Shown here: positions 7,723 to 16,087 of the stretch, piece after piece
Numbering within the stretch: the first letter of the stretch is position 1
How the letters are laid out: each line of letters opens with the position of its first letter
Sequence record: MN988463.1
Reading direction: 5' to 3' (one strand)
Source of the DNA: Rhizobium phage RHph_TM29
Length of the DNA: 24,000 nt
Made by a program: the position numbers and the translations under genes
The notes under the pieces: generated by a model
Databases searched by the model: none
Seen by the model: the letters and a program-made list of their open reading frames with translations, nothing else
Told to the model about the DNA's origin: nothing

Positions 7723-7933
7723 GCACATTGCCCGCGCCATGTTGATTGGTATGAAGTATTCCCCTTCAATCGGGCTTTACTTCAAAGGTAACCTGTTCGA
7801 TGGTGAGCAAATTGACGCCATGACGCTTGAGCCTTTGTCATGGGACGAGGTTGTATTGCGTATCGATGGCAGTCGCCCGGAGGATTTTGTTTGGTACAAA
7901 GAGGACCCGGAAGATGACGCTTCAAGAACATAA
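7709..7933 (+). CDS. AMLLG-motif small protein
   Basis: MRRSEHIARAMLIGMKYSPSIGLYFKG...IDAMTLEPLSW; overlaps both neighbours. Confidence 0.8.
   Translation: MRRSEHIARAMLIGMKYSPSIGLYFKGNLFDGEQIDAMTLEPLSWDEVVLRIDGSRPEDFVWYKEDPEDDASRT
7775..7792. repeat. Dispersed dyad, copy 13 (degenerate)
   Basis: CTTTACTTCAAAGGTAAC. Confidence 0.5.
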
Positions 7934-8135
7934 GGCGCGCGCCATGCTGCTCGGATATACCGGTGTCAGTGTGGCGTGTGGGTATTATTTCCGGGCAACC
8001 AAAGGGGTTGGCAGGGAGCGAATAGACCTGAAAACATTCGAGCCGCTATTCGAAAGTGAATGGCAGCGCCGTGTTCGAATTCGTAATCAGGAGGATAAAA
8101 GTGAGCGATTTAGGCCGTGGTACCCCGATGACTGA
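7914..8135 (+). CDS. AMLLG-motif small protein
   Basis: MTLQEHKARAMLLGYTGVSVACGYYFRA...IDLKTFEPLFE. Confidence 0.75.
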   Translation: MTLQEHKARAMLLGYTGVSVACGYYFRATKGVGRERIDLKTFEPLFESEWQRRVRIRNQEDKSERFRPWYPDD

Positions 8136-8385
8136 AGAAGAACACATTGCCCGCGCCATGCTGCTCGGTATGCGTTACCACCACGGTAACGGTGACCCCT
8201 TCTATTACAAGTCCGATGCCGATGGCACCATCGACCCATCAAGCATGGTGGACGCGGAAACGCTCAAGCCGTTTGTCGATATTTACCGGCAGGATGGCTT
8301 TGATTTCGAGGGGCTGATGAAGCGTGACAGGCTGGCAATACAATCCGGCCTCCCAAGGAAAAGTAATAGGAGGTGGCATCTATGA
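8128..8385 (+). CDS. AMLLG-motif small protein
   Basis: MTEEEHIARAMLLGMRYHHGNGDPFYYK...MVDAETLKPFVD. Confidence 0.8.
   Translation: MTEEEHIARAMLLGMRYHHGNGDPFYYKSDADGTIDPSSMVDAETLKPFVDIYRQDGFDFEGLMKRDRLAIQSGLPRKSNRRWHL
8174..8190. repeat. Dispersed dyad, copy 14 (17 nt)
   Basis: GTTACCACCACGGTAAC, within CDS. Confidence 0.8.
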
Positions 8386-8406
8386 AACTACGCCCGGAGG
8401 ACTGGC

Positions 8407-8643
8407 ATGAGCCGGACTAAAACACTTGAAGAGTTGGAAGCAGCTGCCATGCTGCTCGGCGGATGGTATGACGTGGGTGACCACACCATAAATATCACAG
8501 AAGGTGAGGAGGGAAACATTAGATATGTTGTCATCCTTGATGCCGACACCATGGAACCAATGAGCTATGACCCAATAAAGAACAATTACCTCGGTCGCAT
8601 AAACATGGTGCGTGATGGGAAAATAGGGTTCAAATTACCCTGA
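8407..8643 (+). CDS. AMLLG-motif small protein
   Basis: LEELEAAAMLLGGWYDVGDHTINIT...VILDADTMEPMSYD. Confidence 0.85.
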   Translation: MSRTKTLEELEAAAMLLGGWYDVGDHTINITEGEEGNIRYVVILDADTMEPMSYDPIKNNYLGRINMVRDGKIGFKLP

Positions 8644-8651
8644 AAGGTAAC
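8634..8651. repeat. Dispersed dyad, copy 15
   Basis: ATTACCCTGAAAGGTAAC, overlays SD of ATG 8654. Confidence 0.8.
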
Positions 8652-8653
8652 CG

Positions 8654-9205
8654 ATGAACAACGAAGAAGAAATGCTGGAGAGCATTCTCTCCTCCTTGCA
8701 GGAGGTGCCGAAGCGCCTGCATGGTAAGCGCGGTCGCCCTGCCCTGCTCACCCGTGCACAGGTGGATGAAATCCTGTTGTCCTCGCAGCCGGTCGATGTG
8801 CTGGCGCTCCAGTATGGTGTGAGCGTGTCCACCATACTGAGAGCAAAGAACCACGGCTACATCACAGCCGAGGAAGACGGTGCGCACTCATATTTTCACC
8901 GCACGCGCGGGCGGCGCATGCTGGATGGCTCGACGCTGGACGAGGAGACGCGCGCTCGCATAGCTGCCGACATGTCTCCCGCTGCTGACGTCGCCAGAAC
9001 CTACGGTGTCAGCCGGTCGTATGTGTATAACCTGCGGGCTCGGTACGGCACCAGCAGCGATATTAGGCGGCGTGGACCGTTACCCCGTGAGGTAATCGAG
9101 GAGATACACAAGTCGGACTTGGAGGATGAAAAGCTCGCTCATCTGTTTAACCTGTCTGTTGCCGTGGTGCGAGCCGTGAGGAGCATGCAGGATGGCGAAG
9201 AGTAA
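8654..9205 (+). CDS. Multi-HTH DNA-binding protein
   Basis: Helix-turn-helix-like segments ALQYGVSVSTILRAKNHG, ARTYGVSRSYVYNLRARYG and AHLFNLSVAVVRAVR. Confidence 0.7.
   Translation: MNNEEEMLESILSSLQEVPKRLHGKRGRPALLTRAQVDEILLSSQPVDVLALQYGVSVSTILRAKNHGYITAEEDGAHSYFHRTRGRRMLDGSTLDEETRARIAADMSPAADVARTYGVSRSYVYNLRARYGTSSDIRRRGPLPREVIEEIHKSDLEDEKLAHLFNLSVAVVRAVRSMQDGEE
9079..9096. repeat. Dispersed dyad, copy 16
   Basis: GTTACCCCGTGAGGTAAT, within CDS. Confidence 0.8.
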
Positions 9206-9464
9206 GAAAACACGGAAAGAGTTCAACACCATGGCGATGTTGCTCGGCATGGCATATGACCCGCATGACCATACGTTTTTGGAAAGCAGCCCCAATGACA
9301 AGTTGGATTATATTGCCATATATGACGCCGACACCATGGAACGGTGGGACTATCGGGAATACATGCAAGACACCATTTTTGACCAGCGACTGAAAGCTGT
9401 TAAAGCAGGAACTCTGGGCTGCGCTGACGGGCCGTTCAGCATACTTGAGGAGAACGAGCCATGA
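9192..9464 (+). CDS. AMLLG-motif small protein
   Basis: RKEFNTMAMLLGMAYDPHDHTFLES...IYDADTMERWDY. Confidence 0.85.
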   Translation: MAKSKKTRKEFNTMAMLLGMAYDPHDHTFLESSPNDKLDYIAIYDADTMERWDYREYMQDTIFDQRLKAVKAGTLGCADGPFSILEENEP

Positions 9465-9904
9465 CCCAACGAATGCTCATCCCTCGCTCTCGCATACCGA
9501 AAATCCACGCCATGTGTCCGATCTGCGAGAGTGGGCATATCGGTGTGCAAACAGCTGCGCCCTATGCTGACGGCTATTACCGGCGGCACAAATGCAAGGA
9601 GTGTGGCGCTGCATTTCACACCCTGACACCATATGACGGCGGCATGCCCGAAGTGAGCGCCATGCCGTTCAAGGACAGGGAGCTTTCCGAATACGAAGCT
9701 TTCCAGCGCGCGCAGTGGTGGAAGGATGAAGCACGCAAGATGGATGCAGTTACTTTCGAGGTAACGCTCCTGACGAGGATGACAATTGCGCTCGACAAGA
9801 AGGATGAACAGCGTTCGTCCATTGAGCGTTATATTGTCAGCATGTATCATGCACTGGAGCGTAAGGTGCGTGAGATGGAAGACCAACAAGGAGACACGAG
9901 TTGA
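9461..9904 (+). CDS. Zinc-ribbon protein, NrdR-like N-terminus
   Basis: MCPICESGH...YYRRHKCKECGAAFHTLTP. Confidence 0.65.
   Translation: MTQRMLIPRSRIPKIHAMCPICESGHIGVQTAAPYADGYYRRHKCKECGAAFHTLTPYDGGMPEVSAMPFKDRELSEYEAFQRAQWWKDEARKMDAVTFEVTLLTRMTIALDKKDEQRSSIERYIVSMYHALERKVREMEDQQGDTS
9749..9765. repeat. Dispersed dyad, copy 17 (17 nt)
   Basis: GTTACTTTCGAGGTAAC, within CDS. Confidence 0.8.
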
Positions 9905-10116
9905 CACAATATCCTGAAGGGCATATCGACACCATCCGCCGGGCCGTCGAGACGGACAGTGATGCACCGGTTGAAGTGCGTGAGGCGGTGCACGCCGCGC
10001 TATTCCTGCTGGCGGCGTTTCTGGTGGACGTGCGGCGCATTGCTGATGCACTGACTTCGCAGGCGACGTCGATGCAGGAGAGCGTTGAGCTTTACCGGCA
10101 GGGCGTGCAGGACTGA
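9901..10116 (+). CDS. Hypothetical protein
   Basis: Open frame coupled (TTGA overlap) to the preceding stop. Confidence 0.5.
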   Translation: MTQYPEGHIDTIRRAVETDSDAPVEVREAVHAALFLLAAFLVDVRRIADALTSQATSMQESVELYRQGVQD

Positions 10117-10118
10117 GG

Positions 10119-10136
10119 GTTACCTTTCGAGGTAAC
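10119..10136. repeat. Dispersed dyad, copy 18
   Basis: GTTACCTTTCGAGGTAAC, perfect, intergenic. Confidence 0.95.
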
Positions 10137-10170
10137 GAGCGACTGGGGTAACAAAACAACGGAGAGCCAA

Positions 10171-10581
10171 GTGGCACAGAAAGAAACAAACCACAGCGAG
10201 ATCGATACAGCCATAAAAGCTGATCGGTTTCAAATAGACTGGCCGGAGGAATTGCAAATTGAACCTTTGTTCAAGGTGCAAATCAGTCCGACCCGTTCTA
10301 TATGGGTGTATGAGCAGACCCAGCTTCAGGCAATGAACGGCGTGGTTGATACCCTTTCAGGGTATCAGATGGAAACAATTATCACCAAGACTGGCCTCCC
10401 GCCGGTCAAGGAGGATATCGAGCATGCCAAATATGGGCACTATGATAGCCCTAAAAAATGGGTTCGCACTCTTCTTGAAGTGCGAATGACTATTCAGGCC
10501 GCATCGACTGCGGCGATGCCCAGAACCAAGACCGTCACACAGAAGGTGAAGGTGGTTTTGGGCGGTGACGACGAAGACTAG
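10171..10581 (+). CDS. Hypothetical protein
   Basis: GTG start, open frame of 136 aa, consistent operon layout. Confidence 0.65.
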   Translation: MAQKETNHSEIDTAIKADRFQIDWPEELQIEPLFKVQISPTRSIWVYEQTQLQAMNGVVDTLSGYQMETIITKTGLPPVKEDIEHAKYGHYDSPKKWVRTLLEVRMTIQAASTAAMPRTKTVTQKVKVVLGGDDED

Positions 10582-10599
10582 GTTACCTCCCAAGGTAAG
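10582..10599. repeat. Dispersed dyad, copy 19
   Basis: GTTACCTCCCAAGGTAAG, just after a stop codon. Confidence 0.9.
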
Positions 10600-10610
10600 G
10601 AGAGAGGGCA

Positions 10611-10832
10611 GTGGTGATTATCTTATGGGTAGCACTGCTGCCCTTTCTCATAATTGTATGGTGGGCAATAGCGCTCGCTGCCGTAGATTTGGCCGTGTAT
10701 ATTGCATGGCCTGAAAGGAGAATAGAATGGAAAAGGAATACCCGGCACGGCTCATCCGCTACACCAACTTGGCGGATGCCGAACACCCAAATCTCCTGTC
10801 AGCCTATGACAAGGAGAAGAACCTTCAGATGA
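10611..10832 (+). CDS. Small membrane protein
   Basis: MVIILWVALLPFLIIVWWAIALAAVDLAVYIAWPERR. Confidence 0.45.
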   Translation: MVIILWVALLPFLIIVWWAIALAAVDLAVYIAWPERRIEWKRNTRHGSSATPTWRMPNTQISCQPMTRRRTFR

Positions 10833-10957
10833 TCGACCGGAACCTGTCCGATCAGCTGCCGGAAGCCATGCGCAACCGGCTGGAAATGTCCGTCATTCCT
10901 GCCACGATGATCGTGGACGACGGGCATGGTATTCGTTTCGGCGAGTATCGGGTATAA
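10727..10957 (+). CDS. Hypothetical protein
   Basis: GAAAGGAG upstream of MEKEYPARLIRYTNLADAEHPNLL... Confidence 0.65.
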   Translation: MEKEYPARLIRYTNLADAEHPNLLSAYDKEKNLQMIDRNLSDQLPEAMRNRLEMSVIPATMIVDDGHGIRFGEYRV

Positions 10958-10974
10958 CACAACCTAAAAGTGTG

Positions 10975-11003
10975 TTGACAACCTCTTGACTACCTGATAT
11001 AAA
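10975..11003 (+). promoter_or_regulatory. Sigma70-type promoter for AAA/VWA operon
   Basis: TTGACA - 17 nt - TATAAA; includes direct repeat TTGAC-N6-TTGAC. Confidence 0.8.
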
Positions 11004-11057
11004 CCCACAGCGACCGGCCTTAAAGAGAGGCGGCGCGCACTCACATGGAGCAAACCA

Positions 11058-12164
11058 ATGAACCTTGATACCGTCATCGCCCGCATGCCCTACTGGTACG
11101 CAGCCCGCAAGTCTGTCTACCTGAAGTCGGCACCGGGTCGCGGCAAGACCGAAACCATTTCGCGGGCACCGGAGATTATTTCCGCCAAGACCGGGCAGAA
11201 CATCGGCTTTGTCCTCGTCTCCGGCCCGCTGCTCACCCCTGCTGACAGCATCGGCTATCTGGTACCTCGCAAGGTAACCGGCACCGACCACGAAGGCAAG
11301 CCGGTCGATCACATGGAAAGCGTCTATACGGACCCGTTCTGGTTCCGCACGAAGGAAGGCAAGCGCCTTGACGAATATGACGGCGGTATCATCCTTGTCG
11401 ATGAAGCCGACAAGATGGACGTGGACGTCAAGAAGGTCATCGGTGAAGCGGCGCTCTCCGGTCGCCTCGGCCCGCACAAGCTGCCCGATGGCTGGGTGGT
11501 ATGGATGGCGGGCAACCGCATGAATGACCGCTCGGGTTCCACCAAGGAACTGGACCACCTCATCAACCGCCGTCTTGAAATCGATGTGACGGATGATATC
11601 GAAAGCTGGCACCGCTGGGCGGCTAAGCAGGGGGTTCCGCCGGTCTACCGCGCGTTTGCAAACGAAAACGTTGCGGTCGTCTTTAATAGCAAGGTGCCCG
11701 AGAAGCAGGGTCCGTGGTGCACACCACGCTCCATGTCCGAAGCGTCATTCTATCATGACAAGCTGCCGAAGCACGCCGACGGCACCCTGCCGGACGACGA
11801 GTACGCCATGGAGGAAATCAGCGGCTTCATGGGCGACGCAGCAACGGCGCAGCTGTTCTCCTTCGTCAAGCTTGAGCGTGAAATGCCCAAGTTTGAAGAG
11901 ATCGTGGCCAACCCCCGAGGTGCCAAGGTCCCGCAGAAGGTGGACGCCTGCATGCTGGTGGCCTACAATCTGGCGCACCGCGTGAAGATGGACGACGTTG
12001 ACCCGGTCATTGAGTATGTCGGGCGCATGCCGTCTGAATTCGGCGTGGTGTTCGGCAAGAACGCCGTTGGCCGGGATGCCAAGCTCATCACGTCGGCGGG
12101 CTTCACGAAATGGATTGCCAAGAACGCCAGCCTCATGGCACAGATCGGCGGACACGCCCGGTAA
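11058..12164 (+). CDS. MoxR/CobS-type AAA+ ATPase
   Basis: Walker A SAPGRGKTE, Walker B GGIILVDEADKM, sensor-type AGNRMND. Confidence 0.85.
   Translation: MNLDTVIARMPYWYAARKSVYLKSAPGRGKTETISRAPEIISAKTGQNIGFVLVSGPLLTPADSIGYLVPRKVTGTDHEGKPVDHMESVYTDPFWFRTKEGKRLDEYDGGIILVDEADKMDVDVKKVIGEAALSGRLGPHKLPDGWVVWMAGNRMNDRSGSTKELDHLINRRLEIDVTDDIESWHRWAAKQGVPPVYRAFANENVAVVFNSKVPEKQGPWCTPRSMSEASFYHDKLPKHADGTLPDDEYAMEEISGFMGDAATAQLFSFVKLEREMPKFEEIVANPRGAKVPQKVDACMLVAYNLAHRVKMDDVDPVIEYVGRMPSEFGVVFGKNAVGRDAKLITSAGFTKWIAKNASLMAQIGGHAR
11261..11278. repeat. Dispersed dyad, copy 20
   Basis: GGTACCTCGCAAGGTAAC, within AAA ATPase CDS. Confidence 0.85.
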
Positions 12165-12173
12165 GGGGGTAAC

Positions 12174-12437
12174 ATGCAAGCATGGCGAGACTACAGTAAA
12201 ACGCCAGAGAAACGCTTCCTCCTCGGTTTCGAGGGGGAAGCATGGAACACACAGCTGGAAGCCTTGAAGGTGCCGATACCCGGCACTGACAGGAACATCC
12301 TAGTTACCCGTGAAGGTAACGACTTCTTCATTGTGGCTGGTGTCGAAGGATCACCACATTGGACCAAGTTCGACAGCCTGCTTATGGCTGCTGCTTTTGT
12401 TCGCAATTACTTGGATGAACACAATGCCGTTCAGTAA
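12174..12437 (+). CDS. Hypothetical protein
   Basis: Open frame with GGGGG ribosome site. Confidence 0.65.
   Translation: MQAWRDYSKTPEKRFLLGFEGEAWNTQLEALKVPIPGTDRNILVTREGNDFFIVAGVEGSPHWTKFDSLLMAAAFVRNYLDEHNAVQ
12303..12320. repeat. Dispersed dyad, copy 21
   Basis: GTTACCCGTGAAGGTAAC, within CDS. Confidence 0.9.
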
Positions 12438-12753
12438 ACGTCGCCAATGGTGGGATGTGGAAGCACAGAAGGCCAACGAGGATATCCCCGATGGCCTTGG
12501 CATTGGTGTTTCTGAATGGCGTGCTACCAACGGAGACATGTTTGTGTTCTTCAAGGGTGACAAGCCAATAAGATCATCAGCATGGGTGGTGCTTGGGAAG
12601 TTCGCCAAGCCCCGCGACGACGGCAAACAGTTCTATGTGTCCGACCGGACGCATGGCAATTGGGCGGCAGCGCCCAACGTTACCTATCATGAGGACTTGC
12701 TGATGGCAGTAAGTTGGATCATGGAGCTTAAAACCCAATTCGAAGGAAGATGA
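12424..12753 (+). CDS. Hypothetical protein
   Basis: MPFSKRRQWWDVEAQKANEDIPDGLGIGVSEWRATNG... Confidence 0.65.
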   Translation: MPFSKRRQWWDVEAQKANEDIPDGLGIGVSEWRATNGDMFVFFKGDKPIRSSAWVVLGKFAKPRDDGKQFYVSDRTHGNWAAAPNVTYHEDLLMAVSWIMELKTQFEGR

Positions 12754-12754
12754 A

Positions 12755-12976
12755 ATGCGCACGTATACACTGGAGCTTCGCGCCGATTTTGACAACGACG
12801 AGAAGTACGAGCTTGTGCTCGAAATGGTTCGCGAGAAGGCACGAGAATTGCTGGCGGCAGCGCTGATGCTGAAGGACCGGCGCGAGCCGGAGATTGCCCT
12901 CTCGCATGGCGACATGTTCGAACGGAACAAGGACTTGCAGATTTTCAAGCCGGAGGAGATGGCTGGGGGGGAGTGA
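12755..12976 (+). CDS. Hypothetical protein
   Basis: Open frame MRTYTLELRADFDNDEKYELV... Confidence 0.6.
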   Translation: MRTYTLELRADFDNDEKYELVLEMVREKARELLAAALMLKDRREPEIALSHGDMFERNKDLQIFKPEEMAGGE

Positions 12977-13245
12977 CGGGCCATCGCTCCATAGGCCCGC
13001 AACGGAGAGACACCGGCCCGATAGCAAGAATACGGGTGGTGGGCGACGGATGGGTGACAGGCAGCAGAGGGCCAAGCAAAACGCCGAACAAGCTGCACCA
13101 CAGCGAGACGTGGCAGCTGGACAAGAAGAGGAAGGAGTTGGTCAATGTCGTCAGAAAAAGAAAGTCAAAACGACGGCACCCCGACCTCTTGCCGATCCCA
13201 TTTGCCTGATAAGCATGTTCACACAAACCCAGAGGAAATAAAGAT

Positions 13246-14529
13246 ATGACGATGCCACAGACAGTTGAAATCACTCCCGAGCAGATGAAGAAGTGGGCCG
13301 ACACGCGCGCTGCAATGGTGTGGCATGCTCCGGCGTTCACCCACCTGCTCTACTCCATGATGAACAAGAACGGCAACGAGCACGTTGCTTACTTCGTGGC
13401 GGACGTTCCGCCCGAGGACCCCAACCACGTGCCGGTCGCCGCAACGGATGGTTCGCACCTCCTCATCAATCCCAAGACATTCTTTGAGTACAACCTCATG
13501 GAGCGCGTGTTTGTCGTCGCCCATGAAGTGGTGCACGGAATGTGCGGGCATGCCGAACTGATGCAGCGACTGGGCACGGCTGGCAAGGTGAGTTACCCTG
13601 ACGGTAAGTCGCTCGATTACGACGCTGGCACGCTCAACCGGGCGATGGACTACGTGGTGAACGACTTGCTTGTGGAAAGCAAGATCGGAACCTACAACAC
13701 CAACTGGCTGCACGACAAGGTCATTGGCACGCACATGGATGACGTGCTAACCGTCTACCGCCGCATCTATCAGCAGGAGAAGAAGAACGGCGGCGGAAGC
13801 GCGACGAAGCAGGGGCAGAAAGGCTTCGACAAGCACATGCAGCCCGGCACCACGACAGGGCAGGACCCGGCGCAGGCAGCTGCCGGGCGTAACGAGGTGG
13901 CGTGGGGCACTGCTATTGCTGGCGCGCTGTCTGCGGCCAAGGCGCAGGGTAAGCTCCCGGCGGCGCTGGAGCGCTTGCTTGGGGACACGCTTGAACCCAA
14001 GGTCAGCTGGCAGGACAAGATCATGGCTTTCTTTGCCCGCAAGGTGGGCGGCGGCAGCTATGATTGGCGCAAGCCTGACCGTCGCTTCATTGTCCGCAAC
14101 ATCGTTGCACCGGCACGCTCTGGCTTCGGCTGTGGTGATATCGTGGTGGCTGGCGATAGCTCCGGCTCGATCACCGACGACATTTCCTCCATGTTCTTCG
14201 GGGAGGTGGGCGGTATTCTGGAGGAGTTGCGTCCGCGCCGCCTGTTCTTCATGTGGTGTGACGCCAAAGTCCACAACGTGGATGAACTGAACGATGGTGC
14301 CGACCTGTACCACCTGAAGAAGAAAGGTGCGCTGGGTGGCGGGGGCACGGACTTCCGCCCGGTGTTCGACAAGGTGGCCGAGTTGGGCATAGAGCCTGAC
14401 GCGCTCATCTACCTGACCGATGGATACGGCAGCTTCCCGCAGCAGGCTCCGAACTATCAGGTTCTTTGGGGCTCCATCTCCAAGGACGTCAAGTATCCGT
14501 TTGGTGACGTCGTTGAAATCCCGGTCTGA
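13246..14529 (+). CDS. Metallopeptidase-like plus VWA-like domain protein (partner of MoxR ATPase)
   Basis: HEVVHGMCGH motif and C-terminal MIDAS-like DSSGSI ... GGGGTDFRPVF ... YLTDG. Confidence 0.8.
   Translation: MTMPQTVEITPEQMKKWADTRAAMVWHAPAFTHLLYSMMNKNGNEHVAYFVADVPPEDPNHVPVAATDGSHLLINPKTFFEYNLMERVFVVAHEVVHGMCGHAELMQRLGTAGKVSYPDGKSLDYDAGTLNRAMDYVVNDLLVESKIGTYNTNWLHDKVIGTHMDDVLTVYRRIYQQEKKNGGGSATKQGQKGFDKHMQPGTTTGQDPAQAAAGRNEVAWGTAIAGALSAAKAQGKLPAALERLLGDTLEPKVSWQDKIMAFFARKVGGGSYDWRKPDRRFIVRNIVAPARSGFGCGDIVVAGDSSGSITDDISSMFFGEVGGILEELRPRRLFFMWCDAKVHNVDELNDGADLYHLKKKGALGGGGTDFRPVFDKVAELGIEPDALIYLTDGYGSFPQQAPNYQVLWGSISKDVKYPFGDVVEIPV
13592..13608. repeat. Dispersed dyad, copy 22 (17 nt)
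   Basis: GTTACCCTGACGGTAAG, within CDS. Confidence 0.65.
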
Positions 14530-14530
14530 C

Positions 14531-14548
14531 GTTACCTCAAAGGGTAAC
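14531..14548. repeat. Dispersed dyad, copy 23
   Basis: GTTACCTCAAAGGGTAAC, immediately after stop. Confidence 0.9.
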
Positions 14549-14575
14549 TACAAGCGGTATCTCTTCTGGAAGGAA

Positions 14576-14602
14576 AGAGATGGGACAGTAACTCCCATCT
14601 CT
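14576..14602. promoter_or_regulatory. Perfect 10-bp stem, 7-nt loop hairpin
   Basis: AGAGATGGGA-cagtaac-TCCCATCTCT directly downstream of the VWA gene; no U-tract on + strand. Confidence 0.6.
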
Positions 14603-14928
14603 CAACTCCGCACGTCTCACTTGATCTTCATCATTAGGATGATAGACCGATGCGCTACCACCGCGCCACCACCGTGGCGGCAGGAGTGGCGTCCGTTCAT
14701 TGAAGAAGAACTTGCCTATCGGAAGAGACTTGACAGCAACCAAAAAACAACCTAATCTCCATCCTGTTGCGTGCTGTAGGCCGGATGGGGGTCACGGTAC
14801 AGGGCCGAAATTGGCGGTCCAACAAGGCAGGGTTCCGAGTGTGCAAGTCGGTGAAATCCTGCAATACCCCCATAGCGCGGCCACCTTTAGCGGGGTGAGC
14901 CGCGCACTCACAACGAAGGAACCAACCA

Positions 14929-15702
14929 ATGCCAACACCAATATTCCGCCCCGAGCCGCGCAGCAAGAAGGCTTCCCACAGCAACCTTGCCATGAATAGC
15001 GTTCGGGAGATGTTGAAGAGAATTCAGCCCGACGATAACACCATTTCATATGAGGAGCTTGTCAGCACCGTGTGGGATGAGAAGACAATCGCCGATGTCA
15101 AACATATGAGCAGTCTGGTCATATCCACCATAGATGACGCACTGCAAATGGACGTCGGCCTGCATGCATTCGAGCACCCGGCTATCACAGAGCCCAAGTC
15201 GCTCGTTTTTCGTTACAAGGTGCAGCCTCCTATGGGCCACGATAAGTTATGGCCAAAACAATGGCGCTTCTCATTCAGTGCCCAATCGCCCCGCGTCGAA
15301 GAGGTGTGCCATATTGCCTTGACGAACGCCGTCAATCGAGGGTTACTTCACAGGGTAACACTGTGGCTAGCGTCGAACTGCAATACCCATGAGCAGGCGG
15401 CGTGGCTGTTCCCCAGCTGGTCAACGATCCTTCGCCGGTCTGAAGACGATGAAATGAAACGCATCGGCGTTGTGGTGTCCGACTGCCCGGCACCGCGTGT
15501 TCTCCCTCCCCTGCCGCCGCATATCCGGCAATGGCTGCGCTATCTGCATACTTTCATGGCGGCGCATGAACTGCTTGGCACCTTCGACAAGAGTGGGGCA
15601 AGGAACACCACCGGAAGTGATCTGTGCAAGGTTACCTTGGCAGGTAGCCAAGAACTGGAATACATGATGGGAGACGTGGAGGTGCAATTGCCACTTAGAT
15701 GA
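14929..15702 (+). CDS. Hypothetical protein
   Basis: 257-aa open frame immediately upstream of replication genes. Confidence 0.75.
   Translation: MPTPIFRPEPRSKKASHSNLAMNSVREMLKRIQPDDNTISYEELVSTVWDEKTIADVKHMSSLVISTIDDALQMDVGLHAFEHPAITEPKSLVFRYKVQPPMGHDKLWPKQWRFSFSAQSPRVEEVCHIALTNAVNRGLLHRVTLWLASNCNTHEQAAWLFPSWSTILRRSEDDEMKRIGVVVSDCPAPRVLPPLPPHIRQWLRYLHTFMAAHELLGTFDKSGARNTTGSDLCKVTLAGSQELEYMMGDVEVQLPLR
15342..15359. repeat. Dispersed dyad, copy 24
   Basis: GTTACTTCACAGGGTAAC, within CDS. Confidence 0.8.
15631..15648. repeat. Dispersed dyad, copy 25
   Basis: GTTACCTTGGCAGGTAGC, within CDS. Confidence 0.85.
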
Positions 15703-15808
15703 CAAGGAGAGGGGTGCCCAACGAAAAACACCCCTCTCCCGCCACAGCGAGCCTACCCCACACAAGAGGCCGCAACTCTGACTATAGTATAAAAGGGCTG
15801 GTATAGCA

Positions 15809-16087
15809 ATGGTCACAGGAGCAATGAGGAAGCGCATGAGGGAAGCCCGAGCAGCGGGCAAGACCTACATGCAGATAGCCGTTGAATTTGACGTAAGCAT
15901 CACCACCGTAATACGGCACCTTGATGACAAGAACGCCGAGAAGTACAGGAAGTATGTTAAAAAATCCTATGATAAAGTAAAGAACGACCCGGAAAGATAC
16001 GCTAAATTGCGCGAGCGGGTCCGCAATTCTGCAAGGCTGTACCGCCAGCGCTTGAAAGAGGAAAGAAATGAAAAAGCTGACGCTTGA
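15809..16087 (+). CDS. Basic HTH DNA-binding protein
   Basis: MRKRMREARAAGKTYMQIAVEFDVSITTVIRHLDDKN followed by Lys/Arg-rich helix. Confidence 0.65.
   Translation: MVTGAMRKRMREARAAGKTYMQIAVEFDVSITTVIRHLDDKNAEKYRKYVKKSYDKVKNDPERYAKLRERVRNSARLYRQRLKEERNEKADA

Noticed and set aside
10893-11612. 239-aa minus ORF and other long minus ORFs (2801..3562, 9350..10189, 13747..14313, 20079..20723, 22075..23622)
   Set aside because: They overlap strongly supported + strand genes; typical antisense open frames of GC-rich codon bias.
12655-12700. Isolated GTTACC half-sites (for example near 12669 and 17300)
   Set aside because: No partner arm at the required spacing, so not counted as dyads.
14605-14690. 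Possible minus-strand tRNA (D-arm-like GCGC-ggtggta-GCGC)
   Set aside because: No matching acceptor stem, no proper 7-nt anticodon loop with U33 and no TTCGANNC T-loop.
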